A stretch of DNA of 32,000 nt, from assembly GCA_000091165.1 (NCBI GenBank), contig FP565575.1, forward strand, positions 1,800,001 to 1,832,000. The letters are read 5' to 3'. This document shows, in pieces, positions 22,760-30,570 of the stretch; the first letter of the stretch is position 1; each line of letters begins with the position of its first letter. Under the pieces are notes generated by a model. That model was not told where the DNA came from. It saw nothing but the letters and a program-made list of their open reading frames with translations, and did not search any database. Origin of the DNA: Candidatus Methylomirabilis oxygeniifera (lineage in GTDB: Bacteria; Methylomirabilota; Methylomirabilia; Methylomirabilales; Methylomirabilaceae). Position numbers and translations under genes: made by a program.

Positions 22760-24987
22760 CCCTTCTCCATATCCCGGCCCGCAGGCGGCGTCATGGGCAG
22801 TCGCACCGTACAACGGCTCCCCTGACCCGGTCCGGCCGACGTTACCGTAATCGTCCCCCCGTGCAGTTCGACCAACTGTTTGGTCAGCGCGAGACCCAAC
22901 CCGCTCCCCTGAAACTGCTTCGTCGTCTCGATTTCGAGCTGGGTGAAGCGTGTAAAGAGCCGAGACAGATCCTCCGCCGCGATTCCGATTCCGGTGTCCG
23001 TGACGGCGATTTCGACGAAATCGCCGGAATGGTGGAGGGTAGTGGGTATAGGGTGTGGGGGGGCTTCCACACCCGACTCTCTCCTCCCTAGCGAAGCGGA
23101 CACCCTGATCGTTCCGCCTTCAGGGGTAAACTTGACGGCATTCGACAGCAGGTTGTAGATAATCTGCTTGAAGCGGACCGGGTCGGCAGTGAGGGTGATC
23201 GGCGCAGTATCAATGTCCGGCACAATGGTGAGGCGCTTGGCGTCGGCGACAGGCTGAATCTCGTAGACGGCAACAGTAAGCGCCTCGGAGAGGTCGAAGG
23301 GCTCGAGGCGCAGGGTCAGTTTGCCCGCCTCGACCTTGGACAGATCCAGCAGGTCGTTGATCAGCGCGAGCAAGTGGCGACCGCTGGTCTGGATATGATT
23401 GGCGTAACGGGCCTGTTTGGCGGTCAGCGGCCCAAAGGTCTGGTCGCACAGCAGGTCGGAAAAGCCGAGGATGGCGTTGAGAGGGGTCCGCAGTTCGTGG
23501 GACATGTTGGTCAGAAAGGCGGTCTTGTGGCGAGAGGCGTCCGCCAGATGGCCGTTGGCGATCTGCAACTCACGGGTCCTGACCTCGACCAGGCGCTCCA
23601 ACTCGTGGCTGTAACGCACCACCTCCGCGTGAAGCTGAGCATTTCGCAGGGCGGAGGCCAGCGGTTCTATGAAGCTGCTCAGCATCGTCACGTGGTCCTG
23701 GGTGTAGGCGCCAGGTAGACGGCTATCCAGCGTGATGGACCCGACCGCCTCCCCACTGATCAGCAAGGGCAGTGTCAAGACCGAACGGATCCCCTCTCGC
23801 GCGACAAATGCCTCATCGGCAAAGGTCTGCTCTCGCGGCAGGTCCTGGATCAGTCGAGGAATTTTTTGGTCCATGACCCACTCGACAGCGGTCTTGCCAG
23901 ACGAACGCCACGTCTTCCCCTGAAAACACTCCAAAGGAGGCTCGGCGAACGACAGTACCGTGACCAGCTTCTCTCCTTCCCGAACCACGACGCAGATCCG
24001 ATCGCAGGAAATGAGCGTTGTGATGACTGTCGCAACGCTGGGGAAGACGTCCTCAAGCATGAACGACCGGCTCAAGAGCGCGGATACCTCATTGATCCCA
24101 CGCTGATACTCTTCCGCCGCAATCAGCGACGTCGCCTGCCAATAGATGCTCGCCGTCAACGTGATGATCGCGAACAGCACCATGACCGCCAGCCCGAACT
24201 CAGTGCCGAAGAAGCCGAACTGCTGTCCCTTTAATCGTACCCAACCCGCCAGGGCTGGAAGAAAGATCGCAACAATCAACAGCCGACGCATGGCGACAGC
24301 AGCAATCGTATCGCTCATCATGACGCCTACGATCCTATGTCCTGATCGAGTGAACACGATACCGATGGACAACGCAAGGAACAGGAAGGCCGTATGCGGA
24401 GCGACTGTCGCAAGAGGATAGACCTGATGGATCGCGACCCCGCCGTAGAGGTAGGCCACAAGGATCAAGAGCGCCACTAAGGAGACCGCAACGGCCACGT
24501 GCTCGGCAGGCTGATAGCCGTTGCGGGTCTTCACATCGAGCAGCAGGAGGGCGCCGCCAAGCAGCAGAAAGTTCAGTGCGCTCGCAAACGCCATCCGGCC
24601 CGGAGCATGATATGGTCCGGCAGCCGCCTGGAGATCCTTGACCAGCAGTTGGTCGATCCCGAGGTCCCACCCAAACAGATATTCGCTCAGCGTGAGCAGT
24701 CCCATCAGAACGACAGTCGCTGCGCAGACTCGGGCGAGCGGCCTGCTCCATCCACTGATGACGGACTCCGCCAGCAACAACCAGAGAGAGGCCCCGATCA
24801 GGACGAAGGCGAGCGCCGTGTTGGCCTGCATAGCAGGAAATCCCGACGCCGGGGCCTTGAGAACGGCCACGTCAAGCCACCAACCGATCAGCACCAGACC
24901 GCCGGCTACAATCGCGCCCGCGCTTACGGTCTGTGGAATCCACCGCAACCGTGATGAAAGCTGACGAAGGTCAGAGTGAATACTCAT
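22753..24987 (-). CDS. Membrane-bound sensor histidine kinase (about 8 TM segments, GAF, HisKA, HATPase_c)
   Basis: Hydrophobic N-terminal ~290 aa. GAF-like region. H-box FLTNMSHELRTPLNAILGFSDLL. N-box YNLLSNAVKFT. G-boxes DTGIGI and GSGLGLAL. Confidence 0.9.
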   Translation of the reverse strand: MSIHSDLRQLSSRLRWIPQTVSAGAIVAGGLVLIGWWLDVAVLKAPASGFPAMQANTALAFVLIGASLWLLLAESVISGWSRPLARVCAATVVLMGLLTLSEYLFGWDLGIDQLLVKDLQAAAGPYHAPGRMAFASALNFLLLGGALLLLDVKTRNGYQPAEHVAVAVSLVALLILVAYLYGGVAIHQVYPLATVAPHTAFLFLALSIGIVFTRSGHRIVGVMMSDTIAAVAMRRLLIVAIFLPALAGWVRLKGQQFGFFGTEFGLAVMVLFAIITLTASIYWQATSLIAAEEYQRGINEVSALLSRSFMLEDVFPSVATVITTLISCDRICVVVREGEKLVTVLSFAEPPLECFQGKTWRSSGKTAVEWVMDQKIPRLIQDLPREQTFADEAFVAREGIRSVLTLPLLISGEAVGSITLDSRLPGAYTQDHVTMLSSFIEPLASALRNAQLHAEVVRYSHELERLVEVRTRELQIANGHLADASRHKTAFLTNMSHELRTPLNAILGFSDLLCDQTFGPLTAKQARYANHIQTSGRHLLALINDLLDLSKVEAGKLTLRLEPFDLSEALTVAVYEIQPVADAKRLTIVPDIDTAPITLTADPVRFKQIIYNLLSNAVKFTPEGGTIRVSASLGRRESGVEAPPHPIPTTLHHSGDFVEIAVTDTGIGIAAEDLSRLFTRFTQLEIETTKQFQGSGLGLALTKQLVELHGGTITVTSAGPGQGSRCTVRLPMTPPAGRDMEKGC

Positions 24988-25238
24988 AACGTCTTATGAT
25001 ATGCTTCCGCTTAACATCTTTTGCTCCATAGGCACAAGTATAGCAGTATTTTTTCGAACACAAGAGTACAACTACTCACTGTCGTTGAAAACTTCTGAAT
25101 ATTTTGTTGACAAGACGCCGGCAAGACGAGCTTTCACCGGAATGTCGCCTGCCGACATGGCGATCATATGAGGCGAGGGGCAATACAGCGGAACCAGCGA
25201 GTGGAGCGCGAGCATGGCTCGGCTCTCTTTCTGCGCCT

Positions 25239-26012
25239 TCAGGACTCGATCAGACGATTGCGAAACGCAAATCGGACCAGCCCGGTACGATTTTCAATGT
25301 GAAGTTTCTGGCGGATCCGCGCGGCATGGTTCTCGATGGTCCGAACGGACCGCTGAAGCGTCCTGGCGATCTGCTTGTCGGAGAAGCCTTGCGCAATGAG
25401 CCGGAGGATCTGCTGTTCGCGCGGGGTCAGACGATCACCGGGCGCACCGTCCACCCACCAATCCCCAAGCGGGATCGACTTTTTTTCAATGTGCTGATGG
25501 ATCACGTCGGGTACTGTCGCACGGCCCTCAGACTCCCGGAGATAGATCATAAAGGCGCAGTTGAGCGGCGGTGTGCCTGAACATTGGCCGGCATAGATCC
25601 TTGCGTAACCGAGCGTCTCCGCAACAACCCCGGCAAAGAGCCCCGAGGCCAGTTCGCACAGGTATAACCCGGATTCACGCGATTCCGTAAAATGGCACTC
25701 GAGCACGGTGATCGTCAACACATCATCCGACTCGACCGTTACCCGGATGGTCCATCCGCACTACCGCCCTATCGCTTTCAGGCACTGCACGCACGCACGA
25801 GTGTCACACCGTCTCAACGTGCCGTGCCTCAGCCACCACTCGGAGGCCGCCAGCCGCCACTGCTCCGTCCCTCTGTCGCGAACAATCTCCTGGAATACCG
25901 AGGGGTGGATCTGCCGTGCCAACGCATGGATGACGGCACTCAGCGCCCTCGTGAGCAGCACCTGCGAACAGTGTGTTCGCTGACGACTCTTATTGCCAAC
26001 CTGCCGCTTCAC
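25239..26012 (-). pseudogene. Paralog of the putative V4R-like/LuxR regulator, interrupted by a single in-frame TAG (25763-25761)
   Basis: Track ORFs 25761..26012 and 25239..25721 share one frame. KAIGR*CGWTIRVTVESDDVLTITVLEC aligns with KEIGGQFGWTLRVAVESEGVIRVDVLGC of the paralog, with TAG at the Gln (CAG) position. There are no frameshifts elsewhere. Confidence 0.7.
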
Positions 26013-26335
26013 AGTATACCCCTCTTTGTTTCATCTCGTTTTCACGCTTCGCGGCACCCCAAGATGATCCCCAGGCAGGACAGATAGGCGATTCCTATTC
26101 TATTTCTATTGTGCGGGTGAGTACCCAATATGTACAAGCGTATATTTACGTATAATTGCTGAGTAGGACTACGCATCTTTCTCGAATAGCTCCCGGAGAT
26201 CCATCCGCTCGCTGCCGGTGATTCGAACACACGGCCACCCTAAAATAACTTTCACCCCACACCGCCGCGTGAGATAATGCTGCACAATGAACGACCCCAC
26301 GGTAAGCCTCAGGGTATCGTCTTCTGTTCTAGCCC

Positions 26336-26399
26336 GTCATTCCGTGCTTGACACGGAATCCAGTGGGGCCTTCTGGATACCGGCTTTCGCCGGTATGAC
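26336..26399. repeat. Cloverleaf REP-like element, second copy
   Basis: GTCATTCCGTGCTTGACACGGAATCCAGTGGGGCCTTCTGGATACCGGCTTTCGCCGGTATGAC. Same GTCAT...ATGAC outer stem and three-hairpin layout as 15719-15780. Confidence 0.7.
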
Positions 26400-26457
26400 G
26401 AACTCGCGGTAAGTCGCAGGGAATGAGCCCCCGGTGGATTCACAGGAGGATCGGACG

Positions 26458-26964
26458 GTGAACTACAAAGGCTTGCCGATCGGCGAGGGCGCGCCGGTCA
26501 TCGTGAATACGGTGGTCGAGATCCCCTCGGGATCAAGCAACAAGTACGAGTACGACGTCAATCTGGGCGTGTTCAGGCTGGATCGCGTGCTGTACTCGCC
26601 GGTACACTATCCGGCCGACTACGGTTTTATTCCCGGCACGCTCGGCCAGGACGGCGACCCGCTCGACATCCTGATCCTGATCTCGCGGCCTACCTTCCCC
26701 GGATGCCTGGTCGAAGCTCGACCCGTCGGGATGCTGGACATGGTCGACGATAAGGGTGTCGATGAGAAGATCCTGGCCGTGGCCAACGGCGACCCACGCT
26801 ATCAGCGGATTGAGGAGCTTACCGGCGTGGAGCCCCATGTATTGAAAGAGATCGAGCACTTCTTCAACGTCTACAAAGAGCTGGAAGGGCGAACGAGCCT
26901 GACATCCGGTTGGCTGGGTCGAGGCGCAGCCCATGAGCGCATCGAAACCTACCGCCTCAGATAG
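26458..26964 (+). CDS. ppa: Inorganic pyrophosphatase (family I)
   Basis: VVEIPSGSSNKYEYD, YPADYGFIPGTLGQDGDPLDILIL, DDKGVDEKILAV. GTG 26458 has AGGAGG 8 nt upstream. The track start at 26434 is possible. Confidence 0.9.
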   Translation: MNYKGLPIGEGAPVIVNTVVEIPSGSSNKYEYDVNLGVFRLDRVLYSPVHYPADYGFIPGTLGQDGDPLDILILISRPTFPGCLVEARPVGMLDMVDDKGVDEKILAVANGDPRYQRIEELTGVEPHVLKEIEHFFNVYKELEGRTSLTSGWLGRGAAHERIETYRLR

Positions 26965-28144
26965 TCAGAGGGCCGGCCTGTTCGGCCTCAGCCGCAACGT
27001 CGTAGCCCTTGGACTGGTCAGCATGCTGACCGATGTCAGCTCTGAGATGATCTATCCGCTGTTGCCGCTGTTTTTGACCAACGTGCTGGGGGCGGGCCAG
27101 ACCTTTGTGGGGCTGGTGGAGGGGATCGCCGAGAGCGCAGCCAGCCTGACCAAGCTGCTGTCAGGGTGGCTGTCGGATCGGCTGGGTCGGCGCAAGGGGC
27201 TGGTCGTCGTCGGCTACGCGCTGTCTACCGTCGCCCGCCCTCTTGTCGCGTTGACCTTGGCGCCGTGGCATGTCTTGATAGTCCGATTCACGGACCGCCT
27301 AGGCAAAGGCCTCCGCACCTCGCCGCGGGACGCCCTTATCGCCGCCTCCACCGATGTAGCCATTCGCGGAAGGGCCTACGGCTTCCATCGCTCGATGGAC
27401 CACCTGGGGGCGGTCGGCGGCCCGGCATTGGCTTTTGCGCTCCTGCTGATCCTGGGCGATCAACTTCGGACGCTCTTTCTGCTGGCCGCGATCCCCGGCA
27501 TCCTCTCGATCTTTATCCTGATCCTACACGTACGCGAGAGCCCGGTCGGCGGCGCGGTAATCTCCAAAGTAACACCGGGCGTCTGGCGCCCAAACAGACA
27601 ACTCACGCGCTTCCTGCTGGTGGTCACGCTGTTTACTCTGGGAAACTCCAGCGACGCCTTCCTCCTGCTGCGCGCGCAGGAGGTCGGGGTCGCAGCCGCC
27701 CACCTGCCGCTGCTCTGGATGTTCTTCAGCCTGGTGAAAGCGATGACGGGGTTACCGGGCGGGATCCTTTCGGACCTTCGAGGCAGGCGGGGCGCCATCA
27801 TCGCGGGATGGCTGGTCTACGCGTTGGCCTATCTGGGTTTTGGTGTTGCCGGCCAGCCCTGGCATATCTGGGTGCTCTTGGGCTTCTATGGCCTGTACTT
27901 CGGGCTGACCGAAGGCGGCGAACGGGCGCTTATCGCCGATCTGGTTCCCCAGGATCGCCAAGCCTCCGCATTCGGCCTCTTCCACTTCTGCGTCGGGATC
28001 GCGGCCCTCCCCAGCAGTCTGCTGATGGGCTACTTGTATCAGACCTTGGGCGCGGGGCCGGCGTTTACCGTCGGCGCCGCCTTGGCCGGCCTTTCAGCCA
28101 TTCTGCTCCTTCTCCTGCTCCACCCCGGATCTCCTCAGACGTGA
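26933..28144 (+). CDS. MFS transporter
   Basis: About 12 TM segments. GWLSDRLGRRKG loop motif between TM2 and TM3, with a repeat-half motif SDLRGRRG. Overlaps the ppa end by 32 nt. Confidence 0.85.
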   Translation: MSASKPTASDSQRAGLFGLSRNVVALGLVSMLTDVSSEMIYPLLPLFLTNVLGAGQTFVGLVEGIAESAASLTKLLSGWLSDRLGRRKGLVVVGYALSTVARPLVALTLAPWHVLIVRFTDRLGKGLRTSPRDALIAASTDVAIRGRAYGFHRSMDHLGAVGGPALAFALLLILGDQLRTLFLLAAIPGILSIFILILHVRESPVGGAVISKVTPGVWRPNRQLTRFLLVVTLFTLGNSSDAFLLLRAQEVGVAAAHLPLLWMFFSLVKAMTGLPGGILSDLRGRRGAIIAGWLVYALAYLGFGVAGQPWHIWVLLGFYGLYFGLTEGGERALIADLVPQDRQASAFGLFHFCVGIAALPSSLLMGYLYQTLGAGPAFTVGAALAGLSAILLLLLLHPGSPQT

Positions 28145-28231
28145 AGGGTGTAGTGCGATGGAATCACCTTGTGAAACGTTTTCGACGACATGGGGGATCA
28201 GTATAGCTGGCGAAACACATTGGGCGTGACG

Positions 28232-29149
28232 TTACGCCTTGAGCTTGTTCTCGATCATGATGTGGACGATCGGGGCTAAGATCAGTTCCATTGCCAAGAC
28301 CATCTTGCCGCCAGGAACCACGATGGTGTTACGGCGTGAGATGAATGAGCCGTTGATCATCACCAACAGGGTCGGGAAATCAACCCCAAAACGTTTCGGA
28401 TCAACAAAGCGAATTACCACAAAGCTCTCATCTGCGGAAGGGATATCGCGCGCGATGAACGGGTTGGAGGTATCCACGGTAGGCACGCGCTGGAAGTTGA
28501 CGTGGGTGCGTGAGAATTGCGGGGTCAGATGGTTAATGTAGTCCGGCATCCGGCGCATGATGGTGTCCACCGTTGCTTCGGGCGAATAGCCGCGCTCAGC
28601 GTGGTCACGGTGGATTTTTTGAATCCATTCCAAGTTGACGCTAGGCACTACCCCGATGCCAAGGTCAACGTACTGGGCCACATCATAGCCGCCGTATTTT
28701 TGATCTGGGGAAATGTCTTTCACCAAACCGTGCAAGCCTTCATAGAATAGGATGTCGGTGTTGCTTTCAATGTCTTCCCATGGGGTAAATTCACCTGAAT
28801 CAGCGTTACAGGTAACACCCGCGTCCGCCAAGCGCTTGCAATGGAATGCCGCTTCTTTTGCGTTATGCAAGTAGTAACGCTTTTTGCCAACCCCCGCTTC
28901 ACCGTAGCTCTTGAAGAGCGCTTCGAGTGCGTGGAAGTCGTTGGCTTCCGGACCGAAGTGGCTGAAATTGTGTTCAACCGCAGAGCGTTCCTTAAATTGC
29001 GCGCGGGTTACGCTGTGGAAGCTATCACCTTCAATAATCGCGGAGGTAATTTCCTCGCGGCGGAAAATGTTTTCAAACGCACGTTTAACAAAGGTAGTGC
29101 CCGCCCCAGATGAGCCGGTAACTGCAATCACTGGATGCTTTTTGGACAT
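28232..29149 (-). CDS. prk: Phosphoribulokinase (bacterial class I)
   Basis: MSKKHPVIAVTGSSGAGTT P-loop, EGDSFH, FTPWED, LFYEGLHG, NLEWIQKIHRD, PDYINHLTPQFSRTHVNFQRVPTVDTSNPF. Start at ATG 29149 with RBS GAGGAG. The track's upstream extension is rejected. Confidence 0.9.
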   Translation of the reverse strand: MSKKHPVIAVTGSSGAGTTFVKRAFENIFRREEITSAIIEGDSFHSVTRAQFKERSAVEHNFSHFGPEANDFHALEALFKSYGEAGVGKKRYYLHNAKEAAFHCKRLADAGVTCNADSGEFTPWEDIESNTDILFYEGLHGLVKDISPDQKYGGYDVAQYVDLGIGVVPSVNLEWIQKIHRDHAERGYSPEATVDTIMRRMPDYINHLTPQFSRTHVNFQRVPTVDTSNPFIARDIPSADESFVVIRFVDPKRFGVDFPTLLVMINGSFISRRNTIVVPGGKMVLAMELILAPIVHIMIENKLKA

Positions 29150-29387
29150 GGAACTTCTCCTCAGAATATTTTTTGGATGCGCAATCCCAGAACATTCCAG
29201 CCGAACGCCACGTGGGGCCGTACGTGCCTCTTGATAGGGGCTGTGCATCAAGTAGACAAATGGCGCGCTACCCATTTTGCTAACCAAGTAAGTTAAGGAC
29301 TTACATGCAAAGTCTGGCGTGTAAGCGTACGCCTGTAAGCACTTTTATCGCGGTGTTTTTCTTTCTCTCTCTTTCTCCACCGAGCTG

Positions 29388-29416
29388 AGCATGGACGAGG
29401 TGTTGTACGGTATCAA
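29388..29416 (-). promoter_or_regulatory. Candidate sigma-70 promoter (module A) upstream of prk
   Basis: Minus strand: TTGATA, a 17-nt spacer, CATGCT, then the conserved CTCAGCTCGGTGGAGAAA. The -10 is weak. Confidence 0.35.
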
Positions 29417-29480
29417 GAGTGGTGAAGGGGTCCGGTCGAGGAGCGAGCTGGCGCGGGATCGGTTTCTCACTGTCCGGGAC

Positions 29481-29945
29481 TTACTTCCCCTCTCCCAAGA
29501 GCTTCTTTTCGGCCTTTTCTATCTCCCGTGAGGTCTTCGTGCCGGCTTTCTCTACGCGCCCCGTGGCTGCATCAAGTGCCTTCTCTGTCTTTTCCTTAGC
29601 TTTCTCCTGTGTCTGGATCGCCTTGGTCTCCGCTTTACGCTTCTGCTGCTCGGCCTTCGCCGCCGCCTTCTCCATCTCCTGCTGGGCTTTTTTCTCTGCT
29701 TGCTCAGCTTTCATGGTCGCCTTGTCGGCTGTTTTCTTCGACTTCTCCTCCGCCCTCTCTATGGCCTCTTTGGTCTTTCCTTCTGCTTTCTCTAATCTCT
29801 TCGTCGCCTTTTGTTCAACCCCGGACTGAATGTCCGAAATCGTCGGTACCGTTGGGATAACGGGCGGTTGGTATTGGGCAAAGGCCCACGTGCTGGATAG
29901 TAGCGCGCTCATAACAGCGCCGGTAAATGTGAGAATCTTTTTCAT
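29481..29945 (-). CDS. Secreted Lys/Glu/Ala-rich repeat protein (LEA-3 / apolipoprotein-like amphipathic repeats)
   Basis: RBS AAGGAGGG. Signal peptide MKKILTFTGAVMSALLSSTWAFA|Q. About 9 roughly 11-residue repeats of the type EKAEGKTKEAI / EKTEKALDAAT. Start at ATG 29945; the track extension to 30098 is rejected. Confidence 0.65.
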   Translation of the reverse strand: MKKILTFTGAVMSALLSSTWAFAQYQPPVIPTVPTISDIQSGVEQKATKRLEKAEGKTKEAIERAEEKSKKTADKATMKAEQAEKKAQQEMEKAAAKAEQQKRKAETKAIQTQEKAKEKTEKALDAATGRVEKAGTKTSREIEKAEKKLLGEGK

Positions 29946-30036
29946 CTGCGAGCCCTCCTTAGTGTAAATTCTGTTGATGAACAACACGCCAACTGAAGCG
30001 GGAGATCTTCCCTTACGACATTTCTCCACCGAGCTG

Positions 30037-30065
30037 AGTCTAGCCGTGGTATGACAAGGTGTCAA
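30037..30065 (-). promoter_or_regulatory. Candidate sigma-70 promoter (module B) upstream of the LEA-like gene
   Basis: Minus strand: TTGACA, a 17-nt spacer, TAGACT, then the conserved CTCAGCTCGGTGGAGAAA. Confidence 0.5.
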
Positions 30066-30570
30066 GGGGGAGGATGGGAGGCAACCTATACCGAGCACCG
30101 GAGTTCTCGACCACCGAACCGGGTAAATTGTCCCAGGAATCCCATTCCTTGCGATCCTCGACGCACTATTATAAATTGCGTACCTCCATCGAGTTCTCCA
30201 AGCACTGAGATGAACGGGATGCTCGTTGCAATCCCCACCCTTAAGAATTCTGTGAACACGATACTGCTTTCATCTTGACTCCTTACGGGTAGTCTCATGC
30301 CTTTTCAGCATAGGTAGGATTTTTGGAGTGTAAGCTTAGGCAAATCGGGGTGTTTGAGCAGGCGACCTTCCTTAGACATGCATATTGTATCCACCTATCA
30401 CCCATTATTACATATCCTACGCGCATATATTAGATGCTCTATTACTATTCTAGTATGTTTCCTATTTCCACATAATAAACAATCACAGTTAATAGTTTGT
30501 TATTTTCTCAGTACCGTCTTATGGTATAGTTCTGTTTGGTAGTCTTCTCACCTGTCAACGCGGGAATGTG

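Noticed and set aside
27166-28206. 346-aa plus-strand ORF overlapping the MFS gene in another frame
   Set aside because: It is an Arg/Pro/Gly-rich alternative frame of a clear 12-TM transporter. It has no hydrophobic segments or motifs.
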